A stretch of DNA of 64,000 nt from IMG/VR virus record IMGVR_UViG_3300027904_000006. One strand, given 5' to 3'. Origin of the DNA: a virus. How positions within the stretch are numbered: position 1 is the first letter of the stretch; each line of letters begins with the position of its first letter. A program made the translations under genes and the position numbers. Below, one piece after another: positions 53,565 through 62,768 of this stretch. The notes beneath the pieces are model-generated. The model was given only the letters and a program-made list of their open reading frames with translations. It ran no database searches and was not told where the DNA came from.

Positions 53565-54617
53565 CTATTCCTTGGCAGCCTTGGCAGCCCTAAGCTGCTT
53601 CATCCTTTCGGCAATCTCATTGCCGTATGTCTTGGACGGCGCCCAGTTCCCGCCAAGCTCCTCCACAGTCGGCGCTTTGCCCTTTATGGAGGCGAAATGC
53701 CGGGGGTCCCTGGTCCGGGCTTTCGGGTAGCCCGCCGCGCCGGCGTACAAGGCCAAGTGATCTACCTGCGCGGATATGCCGTCTTCCCATGTGGCAAACC
53801 GCTGGTGGGCTTCCTTGTCATAATCGCCGCCGCCCTCTTTTGTTTTCATCCCGCATGGGTTACAATAGCTTGCGTCAAGTACGCCCCCGAATTTGCCGTA
53901 CCCGGTTTCCTTTGCCGACTGGCAGTAAGTGACCGCCGGGTCTACGCCCGCATCCACGGACACTTTGTAAAAGGTATCCGCTAGGTCGGCAAAAAACGGG
54001 GCGGCCCCGGAGGCCCTGGCCCAATCTTTCATTTGCGCGGCGGTGGCGGTCGCCTTGCCAATGATTGGGGTTTTATGGGCCTCCGGGGAATCGGACGGGT
54101 CCGGGCCGCTTAATAAAACGGCTATGTCGTTGCGCATTTTTGCCCATTCGCTGGGGTACTTGACATAGTACAAGGGACAGTTTTTGCCGCATACGTCGTA
54201 ATGCCTGAACACGTCCTTGGAAGGGTCCCAGCCGTACTGCTTGCATAGGCTGGCGCATAGTGTTATCAGGGCATTGTACGTTGTCCAGTTAAACTTCCCT
54301 GTCGGGTCGGGATGGCAGGTTTCTATGCCTATATACATGAAGTTGTTTTTGCGGGCCTGCACATCCCACTGCGGCCCGAACGACCTGCCGGCGTGCCAGG
54401 CTACCTCGTTGTCGGGGATTATCCGCAAGACCTCGCCGCTAAGCCCGACTATGTAGTGGCAGCTTGCCACGCCCGTTTGCTCGAAATAGTTGCGGTTGCT
54501 CAACGCGGAGCTTCCCGGGTTGCCTACGTAATGCACCACGATCCCTTTGGGGGACATCTTTGTGCCCGGCCTCCCGTACTGAGCGCCTAGTTTCAATAAA
54601 TTCTCCTGAATTGTCAT
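53565..54617 (-). CDS. Endolysin: Amidase_2 plus glucosaminidase-like domain
   Basis: GIVVHYVGN, SCHY, AWHAG, IGIETC, RHYDVCGKNCP; second domain CQSAKETGYG, FATWEDGI.AQVDHL, LGGNWAPSKTYG. Confidence 0.9.
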   Translation of the reverse strand: MTIQENLLKLGAQYGRPGTKMSPKGIVVHYVGNPGSSALSNRNYFEQTGVASCHYIVGLSGEVLRIIPDNEVAWHAGRSFGPQWDVQARKNNFMYIGIETCHPDPTGKFNWTTYNALITLCASLCKQYGWDPSKDVFRHYDVCGKNCPLYYVKYPSEWAKMRNDIAVLLSGPDPSDSPEAHKTPIIGKATATAAQMKDWARASGAAPFFADLADTFYKVSVDAGVDPAVTYCQSAKETGYGKFGGVLDASYCNPCGMKTKEGGGDYDKEAHQRFATWEDGISAQVDHLALYAGAAGYPKARTRDPRHFASIKGKAPTVEELGGNWAPSKTYGNEIAERMKQLRAAKAAKE

Positions 54618-54970
54618 TTGCTTTCATCCTCCTTGTTTGTTCCTCCCCCTTCGGCAATGCCTCCGGAGGCGTCTTTGCTTGGGTTATAGTCGACCCCAGT
54701 CAGCTTCAGCACAAGCGGCAAAAGCCAGTCCAAAAACTGCGGGCCTATCCATCCGCTAATACCTGACAGCGCGTAAAGTAAATTGTTGCTGATGTTGAGG
54801 TTCTCTGTGACAAAAAAAATAATAACCCCCATAAATGACGCGATAATGCAGCCACTTATGAAATGGATTATCCTGACGCGCGATTCCCCCATAATATGCA
54901 GTTGACGCGCAAGTGCCCCGAAAGCGGCCAATAAAGCGAAAGCTGCCAGTTGAAACGTTTTATCGGTCAT
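54614..54970 (-). CDS. Holin-like membrane protein (LydA-like)
   Basis: Three hydrophobic segments; FGALAR, ISGISGWIG; overlaps the endolysin start. Confidence 0.8.
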   Translation of the reverse strand: MTDKTFQLAAFALLAAFGALARQLHIMGESRVRIIHFISGCIIASFMGVIIFFVTENLNISNNLLYALSGISGWIGPQFLDWLLPLVLKLTGVDYNPSKDASGGIAEGGGTNKEDESK

Positions 54971-55625
54971 CCGTATTCGCCTCTTTAGATTTTATGATAA
55001 TGAACACCATAGTGAAGTTCAGCAAAGTTGTAACCGCTATTAAGGCGACTGAGCCTATCAGGTACCATTCCGCCGTCTGCGTTACAATCGTCTCTTTTGA
55101 GATCCCGACTATTACCAGGAAACGGTTGTCATGGTTCCTTCCTGTAGGTATCCATCTGTAATGCATGAAGATGTTCTGCTTGCCCCCGACCTCCGGGCTG
55201 AATATAATCCTCATATCCCCGGACTCATGATCTCGTATGGCTTGCCTTACGCTTGGGTAAATAAGCGGGTTGAAACCTCCGGTATAGTTTGACTGCTTCG
55301 AAAGCTGGTTCAAGTCCTCGTCAAACACGGCGGCATACGTCATGACGGCGGTATCCAGTATCTCCATATCGAAAATAAGGCTTTGTTTGTAGTATTCGTG
55401 CGAATTCTCCCAGTCGTGGTCAAGCCTGATGAACGAGTCGGTATGGTTTGCCATCGTGGCGACTGCCAGTTTCTTTTCTTCAAATTTTTCGTGCATGAGG
55501 CTGTCATCTATCGCTATAGTCAAATTGTGAAAAAATATTGTAAAAGCAAACATGACCACTATGGGCACTAAATATAACAGCCTGGATACCTTGCCTAACT
55601 CAAACGGGTTTGCGATTTTGTACAC
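54960..55625 (-). CDS. Two-TM membrane protein with an extracytoplasmic Cache/PAS-like domain, no output domain
   Basis: TM at about aa 17-35, a ~140-aa loop (YAAVFD, HYRWIP, FLVIVGI), TM at about aa 188-212, short cytoplasmic tail. Confidence 0.55.
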   Translation of the reverse strand: MYKIANPFELGKVSRLLYLVPIVVMFAFTIFFHNLTIAIDDSLMHEKFEEKKLAVATMANHTDSFIRLDHDWENSHEYYKQSLIFDMEILDTAVMTYAAVFDEDLNQLSKQSNYTGGFNPLIYPSVRQAIRDHESGDMRIIFSPEVGGKQNIFMHYRWIPTGRNHDNRFLVIVGISKETIVTQTAEWYLIGSVALIAVTTLLNFTMVFIIIKSKEANTDDR

Positions 55626-55636
55626 AAGCGCCCCTC

Positions 55637-56431
55637 CTAAATATTGTGTTTCTTTATTAAGCCCGCTATAGTGCCGTCTTTAAGCCATCGCTTGACTAAT
55701 GAGTCGATTTCCCGCGACAAATCCTTATCGTTTAGCCTTGTCGCTATCCCCAGCGGCTGGGCGGCGCACTTATCGGGCAACAATTCCGTCGTTTCGTCCA
55801 GGTATCCGTTCAGTATAGAATTGCCTATTGAAAAGGCGTCAACCGCGCCTATGTCAAGCGCCACCTTTGCTTCAAGCGCCGATATGTACTGCTCAAAATT
55901 GAAGCTGAGGCCGGAAGCGCCCATATAAATCTGCAATTCGCGCTTTGTCGGGGCCAGTTGTACGACACCTACCGTTTTCCCGTCCAGGCCGTCCACGTTT
56001 TTTATCCCCGAATCTTTCTTGACCATAAACCCTATGAAGTCGGTGTAATATGACGACGAAAAACTGTATAGATGCTTCCTTTCTTCCGTAATCGTGAATG
56101 TGGCTATGATAATATCAATCTCGCCATTGTCCAGAAGCGGCCCCCTTGTGCTTGTTGTTACGGGGATGAACTCGACGTTCGGACAATCGTCCGTTTCTTT
56201 CCCTATCAATTTTTCCGCAATCAGTTTAGCCAGGTCTATTTCCATGCCCTCGTAGCAATTGGTTTCAGCATTGAAATAGCCAAAGCCAGGCACGTCGTCT
56301 TTGACCCCGACCCTTAGCGCGCCACGTTCCCTTATGCCGTCCACTGTCGGCCTGCATCCAGCCAACAGGGAGGCTAATCCCGCCAATAGGGAGATTATGC
56401 ATAATACCATTATTGCGGTATATCTTTTCAT
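55637..56431 (-). CDS. Polar amino-acid (Glu/Asp, PEB1/GluB-like) ABC substrate-binding lipoprotein
   Basis: Lipobox LLAGC; LRVGVKDDVPGFG, YEGMEIDLA, TRGPLLDNGEIDIIIATFTITEERK. Start moved to ATG 56431. Confidence 0.9.
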   Translation of the reverse strand: MKRYTAIMVLCIISLLAGLASLLAGCRPTVDGIRERGALRVGVKDDVPGFGYFNAETNCYEGMEIDLAKLIAEKLIGKETDDCPNVEFIPVTTSTRGPLLDNGEIDIIIATFTITEERKHLYSFSSSYYTDFIGFMVKKDSGIKNVDGLDGKTVGVVQLAPTKRELQIYMGASGLSFNFEQYISALEAKVALDIGAVDAFSIGNSILNGYLDETTELLPDKCAAQPLGIATRLNDKDLSREIDSLVKRWLKDGTIAGLIKKHNI

Positions 56432-56460
56432 GATACACACCTCCACTGACAATCAAAAAA

Positions 56461-56497
56461 GGCGGCGTAAGGGCACTTGTGCCTTAACTACGCCGCC
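56461..56497 (-). terminator. Rho-independent terminator after the tail fibre genes
   Basis: GGCGGCGTA..AAGGCAC/GTGCCTT..TACGCCGCC stem with a U6 tract on the minus strand. Confidence 0.8.
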
Positions 56498-56506
56498 CAA
56501 ATTTGT

Positions 56507-58516
56507 TTACTCGAATGCGCCGCCGATTGTGGCTACAAACCCGCCAGTGTTGCTCGGGCCACGGCTGGCTGTTATCCTGAAGCTGAAAGCGAACCCGTTA
56601 ACTGCTGTCGTGTTATTGAATACGTAATTGTAGCCGCTCTTTACGACAAGCGTGACATCCTCCCATACGGGGGTCGGATCATTCGCGTTGTTGGAGGCAA
56701 GCACCGTAAACGGGGCGTCGGCCGGAATGCTGCGCACTATGTTCATGACCATTTTTGAAATCTGGTTGAGGTTCACCGGCGCGGCCATGCTCCTGGACAG
56801 GTTAGCCATCGGCTGCGCAAGCTGAATCGACAGGGCGTACACGCCTTTCGTAAACGTGACGTTGTATTCCGCGCTTTTGCCGCGGTTGTCGGCAGCCATT
56901 ACATTCATGGCGTTGGCGCCGTTAAGCAGGGTCATGAAGGTCATGCCCGTAACGTCGAATGTGTTTAACTGGCCCAATACCGCTGTGTACGTGCGCTTCT
57001 GCACCCCGTTTATGCTTTCGATGACTGTTACCGTGTCGCCGTCCGGGTCGTTAACCGTGTATGTCCACGTAAAGCCGTCGCTTTTCAAACCAAGGTCGCC
57101 TGAATAGTCGCTCGTTATAGTGGGCGGGCGGTTGTTGTCCACCGTCCTGACCGGGCTTGTACTGAAATCAGACTCCGCGTTATACGAATCGAATGCCTTG
57201 ACGCGGTACTGTACGGTCTGCCAGCCCATGGTAATCGAGTCGGTGAAGTTTAGCGCCGTCCCCTCAAATATTTGCGCAAATGCCGCGCCGTTTACGGAAC
57301 GTTCCAGCCTGTAGCCGGAGAGGTTGTTGTCAGGGTCGGTGGACGCGCCCCACGTTACAACGATAAACCCGCCGCCTATGACGTTCAGCGGTACTTGGAT
57401 TGTACCCGGAGTAGTCGGCGGGCGATTATTAATAACGGTTATGTTGCTTCCCGTACGCCAGCCGCTTTGCAGGCCCTCGGTATCGTAAGCCAATACGCGG
57501 AACATGACGCTTACGGTCCCGAACGCCACATTGTTGGTCGTGCTTAACGCCGGCCCTTGGAAGATCTGCGCCCAGTTGCTTCCGCCGTCCGTACTTCTTT
57601 GAAGTATGTACCCCGCAAGGTTGCCCTCAGCGTCTGTCGACGCGCCCCACGAGATAGTAATCGTCGTCCCGCCGTTTATCGGCGTCGGGACAGTGAGGGA
57701 CGGAGGCACCGTAGGCGCGGTGTTCATGGTTATGAGGTTGCTGTCATTGACAAGTATCGTCTTTGGCAGGGCAAACGTCGGCCTGACCCTGCGGCTTTGG
57801 ATAATATTCGCGTCCTGGTTTAGCGTGGTTATGAACGGGTACCGGTACATGTTCCCGGCGTTATCGAAATGCAGCGCGTCCTGGCCCCACGCGAAATCGC
57901 CGCCCGGCCATGTGCTGCTAGTCGTAATCCTGTATATCGTTGAGCGGAGCCAGTATTCGCCACTGGTGGCGACGGCCCTTTTTGCCAAAGCCCCGGCAGC
58001 TTCCCCAAAATCAAAGTAGTCAAACTTCAAGTCGCCTGAAAGCGCCTCAACGTAAATGCTTCTGCTTTGTACGCCCCAGGATTCAAACTGGCTGGAGTAA
58101 TCTGCGTTCCGTATGCCGCATTCCCTGATGGACGGCAAGAATATCCTTGTTGTGTGGCCGGTTGTGCCGGACGTCTGCCCCGTCAACCTTACGGGTATCG
58201 TCACCTGGACTATCTCAGCGCGAACCAGCGCGTCTATCGAGTTGAAATATTCGTTGTTCAGGTATGTGTCTATAAGGCTGCCTGGGTAATAATTGTTGTT
58301 CTGTACCTGCCAGTTGTAGTTACCCCATTGCCTGGGCGCTTCCGTGTCCCTTGCCATTATGATAGTGGCGTTGTCCAGGCTTGCGCTGTAATTAGCGGAC
58401 GCGATCCCGTTTACGAGGGGCCTGCCGTGCTGGACGACGATAAACTCTTTCTCCACGCCGCCGATTCTTACCTTTACAATCGAACCGATTGCTTTGCTAC
58501 CTAACTGCGTAGGCAT
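56507..58516 (-). CDS. Receptor-binding protein: DUF6273/CLec-like head plus Fn3/Ig-like repeats (DGR-target family)
   Basis: IGSIVKV, EFIVVQHG, IFLPSIRE, EYWLRS...VRPTFALP; NTAPTVP/NRPPTTP repeats; C-terminal GFAFSFRITASRG...GGAFE. Confidence 0.8.
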   Translation of the reverse strand: MPTQLGSKAIGSIVKVRIGGVEKEFIVVQHGRPLVNGIASANYSASLDNATIIMARDTEAPRQWGNYNWQVQNNNYYPGSLIDTYLNNEYFNSIDALVRAEIVQVTIPVRLTGQTSGTTGHTTRIFLPSIRECGIRNADYSSQFESWGVQSRSIYVEALSGDLKFDYFDFGEAAGALAKRAVATSGEYWLRSTIYRITTSSTWPGGDFAWGQDALHFDNAGNMYRYPFITTLNQDANIIQSRRVRPTFALPKTILVNDSNLITMNTAPTVPPSLTVPTPINGGTTITISWGASTDAEGNLAGYILQRSTDGGSNWAQIFQGPALSTTNNVAFGTVSVMFRVLAYDTEGLQSGWRTGSNITVINNRPPTTPGTIQVPLNVIGGGFIVVTWGASTDPDNNLSGYRLERSVNGAAFAQIFEGTALNFTDSITMGWQTVQYRVKAFDSYNAESDFSTSPVRTVDNNRPPTITSDYSGDLGLKSDGFTWTYTVNDPDGDTVTVIESINGVQKRTYTAVLGQLNTFDVTGMTFMTLLNGANAMNVMAADNRGKSAEYNVTFTKGVYALSIQLAQPMANLSRSMAAPVNLNQISKMVMNIVRSIPADAPFTVLASNNANDPTPVWEDVTLVVKSGYNYVFNNTTAVNGFAFSFRITASRGPSNTGGFVATIGGAFE

Positions 58517-58531
58517 AACTGTCCCCCTCCC

Positions 58532-59254
58532 TTAGAATTCAATACGCTGCATTGGGACGTTCCAAACCCCCGACACAATGACGTCATTCAGCGTGTCAAA
58601 CGTTATCAGGAACGGGTTGCCCGTTACGTCGTTAAGCAACATGTCCTCAAGCCTGCCTATGCGCCCCAGGACTTCCTTGAGCAGTGCCCGTATATCCGGA
58701 TGGGCGTCCGGGTCCACGTTATGTATCGCGACAAAGTTCTGCAACATGATTAACAGCATATGGTATGCCGTGTTGCGGAAATAATCGTCGACGTCCTGCG
58801 CGGTCATGAACGCTATCGGCGGGTAGTCTACTACCACCTCAATGTCGTCCGAAAGTATGATGGATACCGGGAACCGGCGCACGTCGATTGAGCCGCCCGC
58901 ATATGGGGCCACATACTGCGGGAAATCCCCCAGCGAGCCGTAGTAAAGCAGTATCTCCCCTATGTCCGGGTCGATTGCGAACACGCCGAATTCGTTAATC
59001 CAAAAGCCATGTTCAAGGCCTCCGTTCAAATCGCTGCGGTATTCCGCAATGAACGAGGCCACCTTGCCTTCGGTCGTCGGGATGGTGGACGTACCTGCGG
59101 CCACCGGCTGGATAAGGTCTGTTAAGACCAGCGGGTTTTCGTTCTCCGGGAACCTGCCGCTTCCGAACATGATTCGGGAAAGCCTAAGCTGTTCCCCGGC
59201 TATCAGCTTCGTGAGCAGGTTCCAGCCGAGCGTCGGTATTACAAAGCCATACAA
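58532..59254 (-). CDS. Tail fibre base/collar protein (DUF3751-like)
   Basis: LSRIMFGSG, GFWINEFGVFAIDPDIGEILLYY, HNVDPDAHPDIR, NPFLITF...GVWN...RIEF. Confidence 0.75.
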   Translation of the reverse strand: MYGFVIPTLGWNLLTKLIAGEQLRLSRIMFGSGRFPENENPLVLTDLIQPVAAGTSTIPTTEGKVASFIAEYRSDLNGGLEHGFWINEFGVFAIDPDIGEILLYYGSLGDFPQYVAPYAGGSIDVRRFPVSIILSDDIEVVVDYPPIAFMTAQDVDDYFRNTAYHMLLIMLQNFVAIHNVDPDAHPDIRALLKEVLGRIGRLEDMLLNDVTGNPFLITFDTLNDVIVSGVWNVPMQRIEF

Positions 59255-59274
59255 TTACATCGCCTCTTTTTTAT

Positions 59275-61908
59275 CTATTGCCTGCTATATCGTACATGAA
59301 CCCAATATTCACTTTCCGCTCCCATGCCCGACCTCGCGTAAGGGCTTTTGGTAATGAGTTGAATTCTTGGGCCTCTGTTTTCAGGTATCGGCCCAAAAAA
59401 TCCGGCATCGTAAAAGCGGACATCTCCATATATTTTACTGAAAGCCAGCCACTCCGAACCGCTATAGTCATATCCCAAATTATACCTGGTAAACGTGCCG
59501 CCCGCCATCATCTGCCCGTCTCTAAACCAACCGGAAAAACTCAGTAGTTTTGTAATAGACCCCCGAAACAACTCGACATTGGAATGGGCGTCAGCGGCAG
59601 CCGTAATAAAGCCCTTAAAAACGCGTTCAAATACATTAAAGCCATCATCGTCTTTCATCTGCCGATTCACGCCGTTTTCAAGTATCATCACGGGGCTTTC
59701 GGTTGTGCTGTAATCTGAGCCTAGATTTATGGCGCTGGTCAGTATTGTTACCCAAGGCCCTATGTTTCCAGAACTGACTTTTGCCTGAAAAACTGCGTTG
59801 ACAGATGAATCAAGGTTGGCACAGATTAGCAACCCGCCTATCGGGATAGAGTCGCCTTTTAACCACAATACCCCAAAAGTGAAATTCCCCGTGACAGGCA
59901 AGCCAGAGATAGAGCCGCTCTGCATGATATAATAACCGGACGGCTGGCCTAAAATATCCAGTATGTTAGTAGACCCGGCAGGCAAGCTGGCTTGCCTCAT
60001 GGGACTGGGTAAGTTATGTTCACCCCATAATGCATATTCTTTAGTCCCGAGGACACTGTCGGTTACGCCTAAATGTATAGCTTGGCTGGATTGATCGGGA
60101 GCATTAATCCGTAGGTATCTCAAATTGGCGTTATCATTTTCGTTAAACGCATTAAGACGTAAACCAACACCGCCGCGACCAATAAGGGCTTGCCTGATAG
60201 CAGATGACAGAGTTAAAAAATTAAAATATATACCAGGACTTGAGCCGGGACTGGGAGCTACTTCTGTATCAAATACCAAATCCCCTGACATTGTATCCCC
60301 GGTTTTTTGCACACTAGACTGAGATAACTGGTCGTATACCGTTTTCACTCCGGCTGGCGTGGCGGCTTTTGTTTCGTCGTTATTAATCGTATTGCTCAGT
60401 TGGACGATACCTGGCTGAGTAAGGCTTGCCATTGGCAGCGAATTGTCACCAATGCGCGGCGGGCAGATGGTTACGCGCGACAAAGGCGTAAACAAGTACG
60501 GCGCGGGGGAAACTGTTCCGACGAAATTGTAGCTGAGCCTAATGATGTCCCCTTGGAGTACCGGTATGTCAGGCAGTCCGACGGCAAAAAACCTGGTATA
60601 GCTATCCCTAAGCCTTTCGAAAGCGAAAATAGGTGACCATTCGCCATTGCTTGTCTGCCTGTCCACGAAAACTTCAAGGACCCCGAAACCGTTTCCGTTA
60701 TCAGCTTTAAAAAAGCCATTAAGGAACCCTGTAATCGGGGCCTCAAACTCATGAGAATAACGGCCTGGCAAAGGCGAATATGGCAATATAGGCTGTCCTT
60801 CAGATATGGGAGTCGTAATTTCCTGCATTAAGTCGGAGTCCGGGATTGCAAAGCCCACGCCTTCGCCTGCTGATTTTGGCGGGAATACATAGATTTTAGA
60901 AGACGGCGTGAATAAAATCGACATGCCGCCTGATATTTCCGGATAAAACCCAATGCGTATATTATCCCCTTGTTTAACGTGCAAATAGGGGATTGCTTTC
61001 CTGTGAAGCGCATTCCCTCGCTTATAATAGCCGGATATGGCAACGGTAAACCATTCCCCGGCCGAATTGCTCCGCTGGATCTGCATCTGGGCATTTTGTA
61101 AGATGCCCGTCGAGAATTCATAATAGCCGCCCAAAAAACCGGTAGTGGGCACGGTAAACTCAAAGAACGTCCACGTATACCCCGAGAGCGGCGAAGGGGG
61201 CTGGCCCGCGCTGATAGGCGTCGTAATTTCCTCGCCATTGTCAATGTCCGGCACAATCAGGCCGCTTGGCATATTGTCTTCTATGAATTTCGGGGGGCAA
61301 ATCGTGACAGCGGAATAAGGGGTCGCAGTGCCTGGGTTCCCGGTTTCGGCGCTCAGGCATACCCTGAACAAATCGCCTTGTAACGCTGGTATGTCTTCAA
61401 GCCCGAATCTTTCCAAGTTGAATTCCCGGTGGCTGTAGCCGGATATAGCTGCCCATTCCCCGGCCCTGTTTTTACGCTGTACAAACACCGTGAAATAGCT
61501 GGTTGCAGTTGCGTTGTTCGAAACGCTTATATGTCCGTTTATAAAGCCGGTTATCGGCGCGGAGAATTCAAAATACAACGGGCTGTTACCCGGAGACAAA
61601 GTAAATCCCGGCATACCCACGCTTAACGGCATTTCGATTGTCTGTATCAAATCCACGTCGGGCACGGCGAACGTACTGCCATAAGGCGGTAAAAATTCGC
61701 TTGGTATGCGCCGCTTTTCGTCCAGCGGCACGACCCCGTTCGCCACGCCAATTATATTCGGCTGCAACGCGCTTGAGATAACTTCTTGTGACCTTTCGCC
61801 GGAGTTCATTATTACGTTTTCGGCCCATGCCGGCACAGGGTTGAATTGATCCTGGCTGTCCCTGAACCCATATTCGCCAGGGGGCATTCCGCCCGTAGGG
61901 TCTATCAT
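59275..61908 (-). CDS. Tail fibre protein with three ~140-aa tandem modules and a fibre repeat
   Basis: Start moved to ATG 61908 (GGGGGAGA RBS). NGVVPLDEKRRIPSEFLP; three PD.D..(E/T)I..P.S.G.P...EF..P.TGF modules; ASLTQPGIVQLS...AATPAGVK fibre repeat. Confidence 0.8.
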   Translation of the reverse strand: MIDPTGGMPPGEYGFRDSQDQFNPVPAWAENVIMNSGERSQEVISSALQPNIIGVANGVVPLDEKRRIPSEFLPPYGSTFAVPDVDLIQTIEMPLSVGMPGFTLSPGNSPLYFEFSAPITGFINGHISVSNNATATSYFTVFVQRKNRAGEWAAISGYSHREFNLERFGLEDIPALQGDLFRVCLSAETGNPGTATPYSAVTICPPKFIEDNMPSGLIVPDIDNGEEITTPISAGQPPSPLSGYTWTFFEFTVPTTGFLGGYYEFSTGILQNAQMQIQRSNSAGEWFTVAISGYYKRGNALHRKAIPYLHVKQGDNIRIGFYPEISGGMSILFTPSSKIYVFPPKSAGEGVGFAIPDSDLMQEITTPISEGQPILPYSPLPGRYSHEFEAPITGFLNGFFKADNGNGFGVLEVFVDRQTSNGEWSPIFAFERLRDSYTRFFAVGLPDIPVLQGDIIRLSYNFVGTVSPAPYLFTPLSRVTICPPRIGDNSLPMASLTQPGIVQLSNTINNDETKAATPAGVKTVYDQLSQSSVQKTGDTMSGDLVFDTEVAPSPGSSPGIYFNFLTLSSAIRQALIGRGGVGLRLNAFNENDNANLRYLRINAPDQSSQAIHLGVTDSVLGTKEYALWGEHNLPSPMRQASLPAGSTNILDILGQPSGYYIMQSGSISGLPVTGNFTFGVLWLKGDSIPIGGLLICANLDSSVNAVFQAKVSSGNIGPWVTILTSAINLGSDYSTTESPVMILENGVNRQMKDDDGFNVFERVFKGFITAAADAHSNVELFRGSITKLLSFSGWFRDGQMMAGGTFTRYNLGYDYSGSEWLAFSKIYGDVRFYDAGFFGPIPENRGPRIQLITKSPYARSGMGAESEYWVHVRYSRQ

Positions 61909-61910
61909 GG

Positions 61911-62768
61911 CTATATCTCCCCCCAAAACTGTTCTACACTCGTATCCATTTTTAGGACCATATCGACTATCTCCCCATCCGCAAGCTTGATACTGGCTGG
62001 CTGTAAGCCTGATTCTTCGGTTTGCACGTATGCGGGCAGCGTATGGGTATATGGCCGCAACTCGGTTGATGTTATGGATTCCTGTACCGACATCACATGT
62101 ACTGTCTGTTCGTAATCGACAGGCGGCGCCCACGCGGGCAGTCTGGTTTCCAGTATTGCCCCCCACACAACGCCGGCGATTCTGACGATTATGTCGTCAA
62201 GCACAGTGGTCAGCAATGTGTAGAACTCAAAGGAAAGGTGCGACTGCTTAATAATCCTGAGCGTCCTTACCGCTTCCCTGAAATCCATAAAGCCGTTTTC
62301 TGCCGCGACTGTATCCCCGACCACTTCAACGCGGAACGTGTTTAACGTCACGTTTTCCGTGATATTGACCTCATATCCGGTCAGGGCCGACAGCACGGCC
62401 TCAGTCCGCGCCGGGTTGACAGGCGGCCACATCCAGCGTTTAGCCATCAGCCGCGCGCGCCGTATCTGCAAGGCCAGTTCCTCATCGTCCGGCAGGTCGT
62501 CCGGCTTCTGCAAGTCGCATATGAACTCCCAGATATCTATTGACCATGTGCAGGTCTGCGGGAACGCCTCATAGCGCAAAAGCCGCGACAGTTCCTCTAT
62601 GTCGTCGTACTCGCGGCCTATAACCTCAAACATCCAAAGCCCTATACGCGATTGGTCATAGAAGCCCTTTGTCACCATGTCGCGCATCCGCGCGGCTTCC
62701 GGGCTTTGGATTATGTCGTCAATACTGACACGATCGTGAACACGATCGTGTTTGACTTCAAATGACAT
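61911..62768 (-). CDS. XkdU/YmfQ (DUF2313)-like baseplate wedge protein
   Basis: FPQTCTWSIDIWE, RARL, PVNPAR.E, IKQSHL. Confidence 0.8.
   Translation of the reverse strand: MSFEVKHDRVHDRVSIDDIIQSPEAARMRDMVTKGFYDQSRIGLWMFEVIGREYDDIEELSRLLRYEAFPQTCTWSIDIWEFICDLQKPDDLPDDEELALQIRRARLMAKRWMWPPVNPARTEAVLSALTGYEVNITENVTLNTFRVEVVGDTVAAENGFMDFREAVRTLRIIKQSHLSFEFYTLLTTVLDDIIVRIAGVVWGAILETRLPAWAPPVDYEQTVHVMSVQESITSTELRPYTHTLPAYVQTEESGLQPASIKLADGEIVDMVLKMDTSVEQFWGEI
62728..62751. repeat. Two tandem ACACGATCGTG palindromes inside a CDS (HDRV x2)
   Basis: Copies at 62728 and 62740. Confidence 0.85.

Noticed and set aside
56507-58516. Complete diversity-generating retroelement
   Set aside because: No reverse transcriptase, Avd-like gene or template repeat was seen in the window.
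61909-62166. N-terminal extension of the tail fibre ORF as given in the track (start 62166)
   Set aside because: It overlaps the XkdU-like gene in another frame; a strong RBS and ATG are present at 61908.
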